64,000 nucleotides of DNA from Enoplolaimus lenunculus (taxonomy: Eukaryota). Position numbers and translations under genes: made by a program. The stretch is from NCBI GenBank assembly GCA_030248215.1, contig JASANG010003930.1, positions 186,001 through 250,000 on the forward strand, given 5' to 3'. The notes under the pieces are model-generated. The model searched no databases. It saw only the letters and a list, made by a program, of their open reading frames with translations, and was not told the origin of the DNA. Shown piece after piece: positions 38,185 to 51,800 of this stretch; position 1 is the first letter of the stretch, and every line of letters starts with the position of its first letter.

Positions 38185-39002
38185 AATGCTGATTCCGGAC
38201 GTGGTGTTTTTAGAGACAGCGACCGAATGAAGCACACTCGGTATAGTGCTGGTTAGCGCACAAATGTTTGAAAAGCTTGCGCTGGAGAGCGATAATACGA
38301 ACGCGGCGTCTAGGATTTTGAAATTAATTATCAGAAACTGTTATAGCGTGATTCGGTGTTGTACATAGTACGAGGGTGGAAGTACTAAATTCTGTTGAAG
38401 CAAGTCAAACCGAACGAGCACAACATGTTTTATAGTATAATTCTTGTATAAACAACTCCTTATAAATCTGCGCGCAAAATAACAGCGCCAAAAGGGAGCT
38501 ATCGGAATATATGGGTTTGTTTGCTTTTGTTATTGTTGCCCAGGGTTTTGGGAGCTAACCTGTTTTGAATTTTTTTATATCAAAATATAACCTGACTTTT
38601 TAAAATATTGGTTATGTCCCTGCTTATCGCGACGGACGAATTTGAATGTGATTATTTTCGATTGTTAAAGTTCTACATTATCTTCAGTTATTATGGAGTA
38701 TATATAGAACAATTAAAAAGTTATGTTTTCAATAGTGTGCAATTCTTAAAAAGGAATTTTGCAACAAATAGCTTATACAAGAAAAGAAAAACAGATGACA
38801 AGTACTTGTACCAAAGATGACGAGATGGTGGAGCTGAATAATCAGTGCGACAATTCAAATGCAAACATTTGCATGACATCACAAAGAAAGTTTTATAAAA
38901 TATATATTCCTCAGCGTGTAGAAACGGGATCTCTAGTCAACCAAACTGTTTTAGCAGTTACACTACGAAACGTCCAGAAAACGTGCACTTGTATATATAT
39001 GT

Positions 39003-39609
39003 TAGTGTTGTGCATCGGCCAGAAACCGGCCGGCCAGTGATTGGCCGACCAGCCAAGGTATTGGAGATATAGCCACAGGCAAAGTTTTTAAATGCAGATA
39101 ACCAGGACACAGTTTATTATAATTAAATATCTAAGCCAAAATGGGTTGAGTTGACACTTGAATCCCCCTCGGCGGCGCCCTTGGTTATTGTATATAAATA
39201 AATTTAATAGGCTACCGCTCCCTAAACCCCTGCGATTTCAAAGCATTCCAAGCAGGATGGGTGTTCGTATTAGCTGCATGAAGGGAGAGTGATCGGCATT
39301 ATTTTGCACAAATGTGGTATATAAAATATTTGGAAACAATGTGGTAAACTCTCTTCTATTAAAGCTTATACGATACGAATGAACTTGTCCTTAATAGTGA
39401 ACGTAAATATTTCACAATGATGTCGTTTCTTGTTCAGATAATGAGCCTAGGTAAAATGATTGGTATTGCTTCTAGAATGTGACGATATATACCATTGTAA
39501 AAATGCCTGATAATTTTTAAAATCTGTTTATTGGCCAGCCGGTTGGTCGAACTTCCCGCTGGCCGCCGACTCGCCGGCCAACGGAAAAACTGGTAATTAC
39601 ACAACAACA
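39003..39609 (+). mobile_element. hAT-type MITE (TAGTGTTGTGCA family)
   Basis: TAGTGTTGTGCA / TACACAACAA ends with GGCCGG subterminal clusters. Confidence 0.6.
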
Positions 39610-41231
39610 AAACGGTTATTTAATTTGCGAAACTGTGCAATTCAGGATAATGTGTGATGTATTGTTTAAGGGAGTCTATTTAGTCAGTTAATAGAGAGTC
39701 AGACAAAAACTTTGAACATTTCATGTAAAATTTATCCAATCTGTGAACCAGAGCTCATTTTCTGCCACAGTCATTACCATTGTACAGAGCGGTGCGTCCT
39801 GAAAATTGTTTGCAACGTAACGCAAAAAATACATATTTGCATTGCAGAATTATATAACAACCGTAACTGAACAAATTGCACAAAATGAAAAACTTTTTAG
39901 AAATTTTGCTGTGTATTTCTAAAGTTTTTATTGCTGAAATATTATCTTTTTTAATTCTGTTGTTTTGTATATCGACATTAATTGACCTCTATTTAATTTT
40001 AGGTACAGAAGATTTCGTTTTTGGTAACTTTTAGTAGGGAAAGGGCAAAAAGCGGCAACTTAAATGTTAACAAATAGATGTTTCAATATAAATTGTTGTC
40101 TGAAATTTGTGACACAGCGCCGGTTGAGCAAACTGCAATCAAAATAGCTTGAGACCTATGCGCAACACACATCTTGGACCAAACACAAATGCTGAAACGG
40201 CGTACCTACCAGTTCGTTCAGGACGTGTTCTTTCCAAACTTACGCAAATTTCACTATCAGATAAGTATATAATATCCACTAATGATACACTGTACGGTAG
40301 GAAATGTTCAAGGTTCTTTTTTGTGCCACTACATTTTTCTAAGCATCACGACGGCACCGAGATAAAAATGATGCGGTTTTGGCTTCTATCAACAGAAAAA
40401 TGTAATTACAACTGGTCGACAAATGTTTGTTCAGTTGCTTTCACTGGCATTGTTTTACACGATTTCATAACATTTATTACTATCTAGTTTGTATCATAGG
40501 AACTGCAAAAATAACGGGAAGAAAAAGAACGGATAGCTATCAAAAGTAGTGGAATTAGGCATGAAGCGGCGGCAGGGTTAAATAACAGGATGCGACCCCA
40601 GGTGAAAAAGACCACAGTCGGAGGTCAACAAAGTTTGCTAGAGTCGTTTAATTACCAAAATTTCTGGAATCTCTGCCCTGGCAGAAATTCTGCCGGGCCG
40701 GAGGTCGATTTTCTGCCGGCGTCGGAGCCGGATACCGATTTCCGGTTGTACCCTGGTAAAAAGGTGTTGCTGCGCTAATGGACTCATGTCACATACATAA
40801 GTAAGTACTGCTGCAGCACAGATAGTAATCTGAGCTGTCTTTTTTGTTATCCTTACATGTGACGATTACCCAAAAATGGCCGTATTTATTACCGGAAATG
40901 TAATAGAAGTCATTTTGACAGTCACTAATTTTTCGAAATCGAAAATACTGAAGTTAGATATATAGATACAAGGTCAAAATTTTCCGGGATAAAAGCTGAA
41001 GGCATAGCACCTCATGTCGTTCGTGTTAAAAATATATAAAACAGATAAAAAATTTGCAAATCTCAAAAATTAGTAAATTTTCTGCGAAATGAACAGCCGA
41101 TTAAACTTTCTGCCTACCAAAACAGTGATCTAAAATTTGACGCGAACATTATACATTAGGTGTGCCTGCTACTGAGCGTAGAAAACAATTTACACGTTAA
41201 GTAATAAACTATATTAGAACAGTCACGCAAG

Positions 41232-41661
41232 ATGATAAATCAACTGACTGTACGTAAATCCCGGTATATTGTAGCAGTTTGTTTTGGTGTTGCGCTTGTT
41301 GCAATATTATCGATGATTTGTACTGTAATTCAACAACGTTCAAACTCAAATCCAAACTTGGCTTCCAATAGCCCAGATATTCCTGATTCATTGCTTGAAC
41401 AATATCTTAGCGTAACCGCACCACAACTCATACCAGACCTTGCCGCATTGTGTGCAGAAAGTCAAGCACCAGCAGTGAAACAAGCGACAAAGCAACAAAG
41501 TTCGGTGTTGGAATCGAGAATCAGCTTAGACGACGTTCTGTATGAACCAGCGTTCAGTTACGGACTTTGGCCAGTTGGAAATATTCCACCACCAACGATG
41601 TATTCTACTCATAAAATCATGTTCTGTGGCATACCAAAGAATTCTAATTCGCAATTTCGAG
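41232..41661 (+). CDS. Carbohydrate sulfotransferase (Sulfotransfer_2 family) paralog 2, exon 1
   Basis: TM segment YIVAVCFGVALVAILSMICTVI; HKIMFCGIPKNSNSQFR identical to paralog 1; donor g|gtatca. Confidence 0.88.
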
Positions 41662-42384
41662 GTATCAAAATGTTAAAATTTTTAAACTTGCTAATGTCAA
41701 ACAATATAATGCAAAATATTGTCAGAAATTGTTCCAGGCTTGTTTTCGAGAGCTACCAGCAATTTAAGTTTTCCAACTTGCCTCTAGATGCAAAATACCT
41801 TACTGAAATGCCAGAACTTGAAAAAAAAACAAAAAAATTTTAATATCAAATTTACCGCAACCTCTGCCAAAAAAATCGGAGTCGAAGGTATTCTGCCCGC
41901 TAACCATAAGTTTCAGTTTAAGTATTGCTGCTTACGCGTCGAGCCAATGTTTCTGTTGCGTTAAGTTTATCAACAATTTTAAAGCTATTAGACGAAATTG
42001 TGATGTTATCATCACCACGTAATAATTACCGCACGTTCGAACACGTGAAACAGGTTAAATTTTATGACGTATAAATGTTTCATAGAAGCTTACAATGTAT
42101 TTTCCAGCCAAATAGCTGGAAAATCCTGGATCCGTTACTGCATATGATATTCGCTCCAACTAAGCTGTTTTTATTTTGTAACCAACATTTCATTCGCTGA
42201 AAAAAGCTCACCAAACACAAAGCGACGGCCTCTGGAATCCATTGTAACTCTATGCAGTACCTCCAAATGCAAACGTCACTCCTTTTGCCGAAATTTCAAC
42301 TCATCGTGCCACTACACAAAACCTGAAAACTATGTTCGTAAAGGCATAGAAGCCCAAATTTTTAAGCCATGTTAATATTTTAAG

Positions 42385-42505
42385 CTATTCTTTGCCGAAC
42401 AGTGACAAATGGAACAAAATACGTAAATAATCCGTACAACGTGCATTATGACAAATTTTGTATAGAAGGCGAAATTTTAATGCCAAATGATCCGACTGCA
42501 TACGT
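42385..42505 (+). CDS. Sulfotransferase paralog 2, exon 2
   Basis: ttttaag / gtaagt; encodes AILCRTVTN..PYNVHYDKFC..PNDPT. Confidence 0.88.
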
Positions 42506-42547
42506 GTAAGTGTTCTGTACAGTGCAAAAAGTTAATTTAAAATGAAT

Positions 42548-42689
42548 GGCCAATGCAGAGAACAGGGTTATAACAGTAGTATATATGCATACTCCTAAAC
42601 TTAATTCTAAGCAAAAATTAAACTAATGCTTAAGTTTACTCTCTCACAGTCCCACAGAAAGCGTTCCACCCCTGATCTGTACATTGGCC
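42548..42689 (+). mobile_element. Merlin-like MITE
   Basis: GGCCAATGCAGAGAACAGGG / CCCTGATCTGTACATTGGCC; perfect 8-bp TSD aaatgaat. Confidence 0.82.
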
Positions 42690-43005
42690 AAATGAATGGA
42701 CGGAATTGACAATGGCAAATACCAACGGCACTTTGTTACAGGATGTGATATATTCCATATCGGAATTTTATACGGGACTGGAAAAACTCTCTTAACAGAT
42801 TTTATAAAAACATTATTGAGTCCCAAAGGTCAACAAATTTTTATGAGCTGATACCCTTACCAATTAAAATCCTGGTTTGCATCCCTGCAAGTGGAAACTA
42901 AGTACCAATGTAAAATTTAATCTGATTATTCATGAGTCAAGTTTGACAGGTGGTCCATGTAAACTCTAAAGCAGTGCCCACTAATGCTACGCCCAGTCCT
43001 AAATA

Positions 43006-43776
43006 CAGGCTGGACCGGTCGAGCCAAGATCCAGCGAGCCCGGGCCAAGATCCGGTGTGCCCGGGCCAAGATCCGGCGGGCGTGGGTTATGGCCCGGGCG
43101 CACATTTTGAGCTCACGGGCCTAACCAGGCCGGGGCCGGGCCGCCAGCTGAAATAAATCGCAGTTGTTCCCTATGCCAGAGCGTAAGCCTTATGGCCATG
43201 TAAAAAGCTTTTATGCAAATCGTTATAACATGAGGAGGACATTTTTCACATTAAGTTGGATTCTCTTTGCTTTTGGTGGGATATATGGGCCGGCCAAACC
43301 TCTGCAATTGGCTCCGAGACTTAAGAGTAAAGATGACGTCAAAAAATCATTAAACGTTATCTTCAGTTTTCATTAAAGACCGTCGAATGCATAATTAACC
43401 GGTGACTCATTGCTACAACTCACAGTTTGTTGGTAAAAATCAATCCATTCGAAATTGTGATTGTTAATTTTTATAACTTTATGTCCGAGGTCTCGCCCAG
43501 ATCCGCCACTGAGACAACACAACAAACGTACGTAAAACCTGGACATTGGTCTAAAATTGATTTCCTGCTATTCGGTTGGACATTTTGCACGGGAACGTTT
43601 ATATTTTGTTTATATTTTCCCTATATTTTGTTTATATTTTCTCACGACAGATTGACATGTATGACAAGTACTGGATTTGCAACCAAAATACCGTTTGTTT
43701 GATGTTTTGTTTTGTGCTCGAAAAATATGAAATTTTCGGGCCCGGGCAATTAAAAACCGGGCCGGTTCCAACCCTG
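43006..43776. mobile_element. hAT-type MITE with GCCCGGGC subterminal repeats
   Basis: CAGGCTGGACCGG / CCGGTTCCAACCCTG; TSD cctaaata/cctaagca. Confidence 0.75.
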
Positions 43777-43854
43777 CCTAAGCATCAACCTAAGCGGAAG
43801 CCTAAATATAAAGACTAATCTTAATTTCAAAGACTAGGTGTACGCCTGAGGCTC

Positions 43855-44003
43855 CCAGTCTCTAAGCATTACCGCTGTTCCCGTTCCCAATAGACTATCA
43901 CCACTTTCTAGTAATTATTCATACCGGTTTCCAGTCTCCAAGCATTACCGCTGTTCCCGTTCCCAATAGGCTATAACCACTTTCTAGTAATTCACACCGG
44001 TTT
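43855..44003. repeat. Tandem duplication, 2 x about 75 bp
   Basis: CCAGTCTC..AAGCATTACCGCTGTTCCCGTTCCCAATAG..ACCGGTTT occurs twice. Confidence 0.9.
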
Positions 44004-44207
44004 GAGTCCAATAAATACCAAATATTCGTGTTTGGGGTAATAAACCAATGAACGTAGGGTAAACTTGTTAAATTTTAGGCATTATTCACTGTCAATACTA
44101 TATACAGCACTTTATGCCAAATACCTTAAGATCGCAAATTAACACCTTCTGTTTCGTATCATCGCTAAACCTGAGTAGGTTACGGCTATTTAAAATTATT
44201 TTTACAG

Positions 44208-44606
44208 AACCAAAGCAATGTGGGAAGATCGCTCTGTTCACAAACTGGCGATAATACGTGACCCTGTTGATCGTTTCATATCTGGTTTCATTGACAAATG
44301 TATTCGGCTCGGAAAATTATGCCACGGCTGCCCAAAGGAATCTGTCAGTTGTTTTGCGCGACACAATCGTGAAACCATGAAACAGTTATCGCAATCGAAA
44401 CTCGTACCAAACATGACCGATCATAGCATTAATCACTTTTTGCCTCAGTATTGGTTTTGTGATTTTCAATCGTTCAGGCATCCGGCTCAAAACATAACAC
44501 TGATGTATTATTCAAAGACGGAAAATTTTAAACACTTAACCAGAACACTGTTGAAACGTTGGGGTGTGTCACCGGATTTGACAGATCGTGGATGGGGCGA
44601 AAACAT
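44208..44606 (+). CDS. Sulfotransferase paralog 2, exon 3
   Basis: tttacag / gtaagc; encodes RDPVDRFISGFIDKC and HFLPQYWFCDF. Confidence 0.9.
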
Positions 44607-44689
44607 GTAAGCGACATGGGGTACGATCTGTACTATGCCCTCAGTTCTGGCTAAAAGTCAACCTCGGCATGATAGATACATGTTCGTAC

Positions 44690-44930
44690 ACTACTGACTC
44701 GAATAAGATGTCACTATTTTGAGTTCCAATCAATAGGAGTCCGTATCAATAACTACAGTACTTCAGCGTTGAGAGTCCAAAGTTTTAATTAGAGTTAGTA
44801 AATAAGAATGAATGAGAAGAATGACATAGACTGTTTATATATGCAACAGACACTCAGGCAACACGCATAAACTTATTAAATTCAGAAAAAAATGACATTG
44901 CAATCAACAAAAAGCTTCGGGACAAGTCAA
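44690..44930 (-). mobile_element. Family A-related MITE fragment
   Basis: TGACTCGAATAAGA..TTTTGAGTTCCAATCAATAGGAGTCCGTATC; interior similar to 31150-31280. Confidence 0.55.
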
Positions 44931-45432
44931 TTTTGCCCAAATGAAAGAATATTAAAAAGGTGTTGGTTGTGGATATCTTGAAGCTTGAAATTAAGCTTAA
45001 GCTTAAGCCAAAACAGAATCATTTATAAAACTCGGAAAAAGTTTAACCGAGCCGAACCAAAAATATTTGGAGCAATATTTTACCAGATAGATCCAAGGAA
45101 AAGCTCGAAAAAAGTGAAAAAGTTGAAATTTTTACTGAACCAAACCAAGTAAAAACACGAATAACTTTTGCCGAACCGAACCACAAAAACAGGAAGTTTT
45201 TTCGAAAGGAACACCGAAAAACATAAGCCAAAAAACTGGAGCGCATATGGACTTGTACTCCTGGACATGGTTTATCTACGTTTGATACAGTAGCCCCAAC
45301 ATTTATGTGGGCCACCCTGGAGCTTTCAACTTCATTTTTACGCGTTTGTCGATTGGTATTACGCTATGTTGTTAATCACCTGCATTTTGTAAGCAGAAAA
45401 AAATTTCGACGCGGTGATATTAATATTTTTAG

Positions 45433-45694
45433 GACGCAGCCATTCCTTGACGTGTCCACCAACCATGCAAGCAGTCCTGATGATTCTGCAAACGTTTTGA
45501 AAGAAATTTTGAATAACATTACTATTTTGAATGACATCTTTGTCGCGTATTACGTCGATTACTATCATTTTAACATGCCAATATCGCGTGCTGCAATTGA
45601 TCTGTGCGCCAATGTACAAAGCGGTGATAATTATGAAATATGCATAGCGTTACAAGAAAAACGTTGGCCTGTGTATCCAATACCGACAGCTTGA
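45433..45694 (+). CDS. Sulfotransferase paralog 2, exon 4
   Basis: tttttag acceptor; encodes YYVDYYHFNMP; the joined CDS is 1212 nt (403 aa). Confidence 0.88.
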
Positions 45695-47029
45695 ACTTGA
45701 ATTGTCAACTAGTTTTATAATTGTGATTACAAAAATTTAAAATCTTGATGAAAAAGAATAAAATTAAAATTGCATATATATGCAATATTATCATTTTTAC
45801 CACGGCTCATATAGTTAAGAGCCGTGCTACAATCATCATGCCTTTAGGGCAAAACTGTACAGCACGTAGCTGTGACTTAAATGTGCCGAACAGTTATGCC
45901 GCATGGTATGGCAGTTAACGAATGAAAACAAACAAATTTGACATAACATTAAAATATAACCCACACCATGTTAATTCTTTAAAAAAATTTTAACACACCA
46001 TGCACAAGTTTTTTTAAGCACCACAGTTTTTAATGCTAGTTCAGACCCGTAACCAGCTCGGATGAAGTAAAATCCCCCTAATACATCCAGCAATGTTTTC
46101 CCTAAGGATATGATCTCAAGTTTTTAACTCTCTGCTGATTTCTAGTACTCAGAGTTATGCTGTGCAATGGGGCCAAGCTGAAATTTAACTTTCTTTGCAG
46201 GATGGAAATTTTAAAGGAGTAATTGCGCCTGTGTCCTTGCTTCTAATAGAAACTACTTTATCTCTCCCGGTTGTTGCCAAAAATAGGGCAAAAAAGGATG
46301 CTTAACCGCTCTTTTACATTATTTGCGGTGGGGCAAAAATTTCAGGGTCGCAACCATGCGACCGTACATTTTGTTGTCCTCCTAGCATATGCATCTAAGT
46401 TGAACTGAACGTATTTCTTTGGGGCACCAAGGTGTTATGGACCTCGGTCCTAATCTGTTTTAAATTTCCCACGGTCGCTCCCCTTGCTTGGTTCACGTTA
46501 AACACACATCGCCGTGTTTTTTTCAGCAACCTAGCTTATTGCTTCCTCGTTTTTTCCGGTTTTTGGCTATCTTTAGTTTCCCTTTCTTTTTTCTTTCCTT
46601 CCAATTACGCTGCTACGCAGCTTTTTTAGCTAGATAATCGAACTAGCTTTCATGTGCAGTTATCAAATTTTGCACGTTTTGCTCACATTCTTTGTCGTGC
46701 TCAGTGTTTAGTCTGGTCAACCCGGTTCCACAGTACTTGCGGATAGTTCGCCTACATCAGGCGAACGCTTACACAGGCCTAGATTATTTGTGTAGTTGTG
46801 TTATAGGACTGTAGCAACAGTACGTAAGTCTGTAACTCGACTTACAATGTTGTAGCCTGATTGTAAATTTTCAGGTACTTTCGAAGCGCTATTTGGATTT
46901 ATAGTCTAAATCGCGTACAGTAGTACAAGCGGGCACCGTGAGATCTGCTTGTTACTATAATTTTAGCCAATTTTTCGACGCGCGCACTGCAGTGTTCGCA
47001 CAAATTGTGCTCGCACAATTTACTGCGCG

Positions 47030-47330
47030 AGATGCCGCCTCACGCCGGCGACCCGAGTCATGGCTGACCAAGTCCAAGCGCATGAGCTCTTAGCATCGTG
47101 ACGCCAAATGTGTATGCTTATTAGGTGTGCGACGGTTTGCCGCAGCGCTACATCTAAAATGCTTAGCTTTACCCTGCGGCTTCAGCTAGTCATCGTACCG
47201 TAAGTTTGAGCCGATCGCCCTTGATAATTACAAACGCTGGATAAGCCTGGTAAGTGGTAATTGCATATGCCTGAGGATACGCGACACCTCACGTTCGATG
47301 ACTTTCAGATGGTCCTACACCTGCCACGGG
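47030..47330 (+). mobile_element. Possible decayed LINE (CR1-like) ORF1 PHD-finger fragment
   Basis: Frame-broken CDG..LHLKCLAL..WSYTCH pattern in a GC-elevated tract. Confidence 0.3.
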
Positions 47331-48053
47331 CCTAGATGTTCTGCCGTATGAACTTGCTAAACTTTCCATCATAAGTCAAAGGTTGCCGAGGGTAGGCAGC
47401 ATTCCAAACTTTTAGACTTATCGAAATGGGTATGAGCATACATGTTGGCACAGATCACTATACATAACTCTAAAAATACTAAATTTTGTCGTAAATTTTC
47501 CCCTTTGTTGAAAGGTGGAAACTTGATTTGATCCGCAGGCTTGGTATGCAAGAGAGTGGTGCTGATAGCCATTTTAGAAGTGGCGTGTCGGGAGTTCTAA
47601 ACAGGATTTGTGGTTTTGTTGATATATCAAAAATGAAATTAATCAGAAGTTATGTTCCGAAACAAACAATACATATTCTGCAAAAAATGTTGCATCAAAG
47701 AGAAACAGAGAAATCTCAAATAGGTGTAACAATAACTTTATAAGATCAAAGAAGTATATAGTAGCAGAGGATCATGTATAGAACATGGCCGAAATATATA
47801 TAGTGTTGCAGATTTTTTATTTTTTGCAAACACAACTGATGCAAATATTCAGGGGACTTCTAAAATTTCAAAGAAAATATAGCGGATACTCAAATTCTCG
47901 TGAGATTTAGGATGAATTTCGACATTTTTATTAAATTGAATCGAACAATGCAGCATATTAACCCTCAATGGCCCGACAGTCTACATATGTAGACATAACC
48001 AGTTCGACAATTGAGTCGGCAGGGCTATAGTAACATTTTTATTTCTTCAATAT

Positions 48054-48250
48054 TAAAAAAAAACAAACACCTACCCGACAGAACAACCCCAAAAATTTCA
48101 CAAACAAAGACAAACAAAAAAAAAAACCCCCACCAACCACCCACCACAACCCCAACAAAAAAAAAAAAAACAATAAAAAAAAACCCAAAAAAAAAAAAAA
48201 AAAAAATTCAAAAAAAAAAAACAAAACAAAAAAACCAAAAAAAAACAAAT
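48054..48250. repeat. A/C-rich low-complexity tract
   Basis: About 200 nt almost devoid of G, dominated by A runs. Confidence 0.85.
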
Positions 48251-48369
48251 TAATGAAAAACAGTGCCTATTAAATTATTTAGAACTAACTTTGAGCATAA
48301 AAACGGAATTTTCGGTATCGCTACAACAGAAACGGGCTCATGTACTGAAGAGGTCCTTCTAAAATCCGA

Positions 48370-48972
48370 GGATATGTATTACTCGGGAAATTGCGATTTC
48401 GGGCGCAACCTTTTTCGCTCGGGATTTTGGAAATCGAAATCTTGGAAAATTGGAATATCCCGGGAAATTGGATATACCGGGAAAATGGGATTTTGGAAAA
48501 CTCGGATATTACCCGGCAAATTGGTATTTTGAAAAATTAGGATTCTCCGGGAAATTGCGATTTCGGGCGCGCCTTTTTTCGCTCAGGATATTGGAAAGTT
48601 GGGATTTTGGGAAATTGAGATATTATACGGGAAATTGGGATTTTGAGAAATTGAGATATTACATGGGAAATTGGGATTTTGAGAAATTCGGATATTACTC
48701 GGGAAAATTGGATTAAGAGAAATTGTGATTTTGCCGACGAAGGAAATTGCGATTTTCGGCCCAATCTTTTTAGCCTGGGATTTTCGGAAGTTTGGACATC
48801 ACCCGGGGAATTGAGATTTTAACAAGTTCGGATATTACGCGCAAAACTGAGATTCTGCCGATGCCGATAAATTGCGATTTTCGGCGCAACCTTTTTCGCT
48901 CGCTAATTTAGTAAATTTAACTGTTTACCCAGGAAATTGGACTTTGGGAAATTCGGATATTATCCATGAAAA
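48370..48972. repeat. Minisatellite of about 29-bp units with higher-order structure
   Basis: GGATATTACCCGGGAAATTGGGATTTTG-like units; longer variant unit GAAATTGCGATTTCGGGCGC near 48387, 48551, 48743 and 48869; resumes at 49370-49430. Confidence 0.85.
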
Positions 48973-51171
48973 TAGGACTATCTAAAAATATAATTTTGGT
49001 AACCCTAACTTTACGGGTGGGGTAAAATCGTGCGTTTGTATTATAATTTAAACCGGAATTTTATTTTGCGTTGCTCATATATTTTAATTGATATATTGAG
49101 TTTTTAAGTTAAAAAATTGGGCAACCCTCCCAATACGAAATCGTGGCAACGCCCCTGGTCGGAATGCACTCCTTGTAATATCATTTTTACGGCTTAGGTG
49201 TTTGAAACTGTTTTTGATAGACAATAACAATGTTTATTTCAATTTCAACATAAATGAAAATTGCCTAGTGTGAGGGTTTATGGAGCATAAGCGGAGGTTT
49301 GTGGGTCGACGCCCTATGAAAATGTAATTGAAGAAAATATTTGCGATCGAGTTTTGCGATTTTGTAAAATTAGGATATTCCCAGGGAACTTAGGATTTTG
49401 GGAAATTGGGATATTACCCTGGAAATTGGGAAGAACCTATTCTATACATGGGCCCCGAAACGGATACCAATTTTGCTGAAACGGATATGCGATTGCAATG
49501 GCAATATTCACTATTCAGCAGACTTTCAAATTTTTTGCGCGATTTAGGATGTATTTCGTCATTTTTATTTTAAATCAAACAATAGTAGTGTATCAGTGTC
49601 ACTGGCTGTTGAATATATTAAAACTGAACACCCAATAAAACTAGGGGCCAAGAATTAATTTTTGGAGGGGATAAAATTAATTTTACTAGATTTACAAGCG
49701 AGACAAATCATTTCTGTGAGAAGCTGAGACTTCGTTCCGGGCACCCCTCTGCGCACGGCCGCGCAGCTGCTGTAGTTTGTGCTTAAAATGTATTGCTTAA
49801 TATAACAGGAGCTGCACACGTTTGACAATGCTGTCACTGGCAGTTAAACATATTAAATTCCACAACCGCTAGAGGTGAAGAAATAATTTTTGCTGGAGCA
49901 TGCAATTGATGTCATCGCATTCGGCGGGATATAGTTTTAAGAGGGTTAATTTTTTGGCTCGGCTCAACCCCCCCACTCTATGAAGATCGGCCACACTATA
50001 GCGGTGCAGTCTGTCTTGCGCAATTTATAGATACAGACCTATAGGTCCATTATTGTTGCTTCCGTTGGACTGCTGCGAAGTAAAGCTTATGGTTTAGATG
50101 ACTTTTTGCTTAATCTTAGATTTCCGTTTAGGCTTAGAATTACGCTTAGGTTTAAGAGGCCAGGCTTATTAAGGGGCCAATTAGTTACTTAAAAAATTAA
50201 GCGTAGTGTTGGAACTACACAAAGACTAGGTACTTATGTTTACGTTCAAATCCGTTCGGCATTTGGAAATTGTTGTTCAACTGCTACTGAAATGCTTTGC
50301 CTTTTGGTTCCATAGAACCCGCTTTGGTCAAGTTAAATTCATTGCACTGCATAGTTTACTGCATTGCATGCAATTAAAGAATTTGCGCAGTGAATCCTAT
50401 GTTTTGTCTTTCGAAACTTGCAAGTTATTGTTGAAATATTTGTGTGATTCCAAGCAATATTTTTCATCTGACAGTTGTTAAAACGATTGGTTTGTTTTAT
50501 ACCAGTACAATTATGCAGACATAGTTATCAATTAGGAACAAACGGTACTTTTAAAATATATTATGTAAAGGAAGAAATTTTACGTATCAAGCTGAATTAA
50601 CTAGTGCGCCAATTAGCTTTTGCTTCTTATTCAATCTAAGAAAATTTTATGGTACTGAATGGCAGAATCATTGATTTAGCAGTTATAAAAAGTTTGAACA
50701 TGAAATGTCAGACATATTGCATTGCAGATCTCGCATTTTCGCGAAAATGTCAACTTGTTTTGCACCTTGCAATATGAATCTTGGGATGTAAAAATTACAG
50801 GGCAGTCAGCGTGAGTGGTTATTTTTTGAGTAATGCACCCTGCTCTATGCGCCGATTATTTGTTCCAGGGAATGGGTGTTTCAGAATTAAAAAACTGAAT
50901 CTCGATTATCGTTTTAAAATATCGATCTAAAAATACTTTTAATCTAAATTTTACAGGAAACTATGCAAATCTTGGAATTTGACATTTTGCGAAAAGGTTA
51001 GTTATGGGGTATAAAACGGGATCTTGCAAATGATAGAATGGTCATTGTTGGTTGTCGCAGGCTGTAAAGTGACTCTAAGCGCAAGTGTTGGTGAATTGGC
51101 TCTAATTTTTTTGTTTTCCGAAATTTACGTTTTTGTGTGTTACATTCCGGACGGAACGCTGCCCCTATTTT

Positions 51172-51205
51172 TAATAATAATAATAATAATAACAATAATA
51201 ATAAC

Positions 51206-51248
<43 letters not shown>
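51172..51248. repeat. (AAT)n microsatellite
   Basis: About 25 AAT/AAC triplets. Confidence 0.95.
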
Positions 51249-51249
<1 letters not shown>

Positions 51250-51800
51250 TAATCGTATTTATCAAGTTTAGTGTTGTAACATTTGGATATCCCACGGTTG
51301 TAAAAGATTTTAGTTACGCGCCTAGACGCTAAGTGATTTAACAGATGATGCTGATCAAATATCGCAACGTGTCCGTTTAGGAACTGATACAGCTTGGCCA
51401 TCTCGGTTTAACGAAGAGATTTACATGGTTCTGACTTTAAGACTTGAACCGAGAATTTTGACACTTACTGCAACGGTAGAGTAATAACCCAGCTAAATAC
51501 GACCGAATGGGCCATGTATCATGATGCTGTCTTTAGACCAGCGATGTCAGTTAGCGGGTGTAAGCGTTTCAGCCTAAACAGTATTAAGCTCGCATGTCGT
51601 ACCTTATCCGAACATGGATAAGTCGCATTTGACCGCTGCGTAATTAATAGATTTTTCCGTGAATTACGGCCACCTAGTGCTAAATTGGCGCAGCGCTGGG
51701 ACATACAGTCAGTATTGTGCGAGTAAACAGTGGGCGTTAACCAACTGAATGCGTTAAAATCGGGGGCAGAGACCATGCAGACGTTGGCTCGGGGGTTCAG
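51249..51800 (-). mobile_element. Decayed CR1/L2-like LINE 3' end with (TTA)n tail
   Basis: Minus frame KVRHASLILFRLKRL..LKTA, MAKLYQFLNGHV and KIFYNRGISKCYN runs directly into the microsatellite. Confidence 0.55.

Noticed and set aside
48011..48764. Lys-rich, Phe-rich and WDFGK-repeat ORFs
   Set aside because: Translations of low-complexity and minisatellite DNA.
50998..51401. Poly-Ile, poly-Leu and poly-Tyr ORFs
   Set aside because: Products of the (AAT)n microsatellite.
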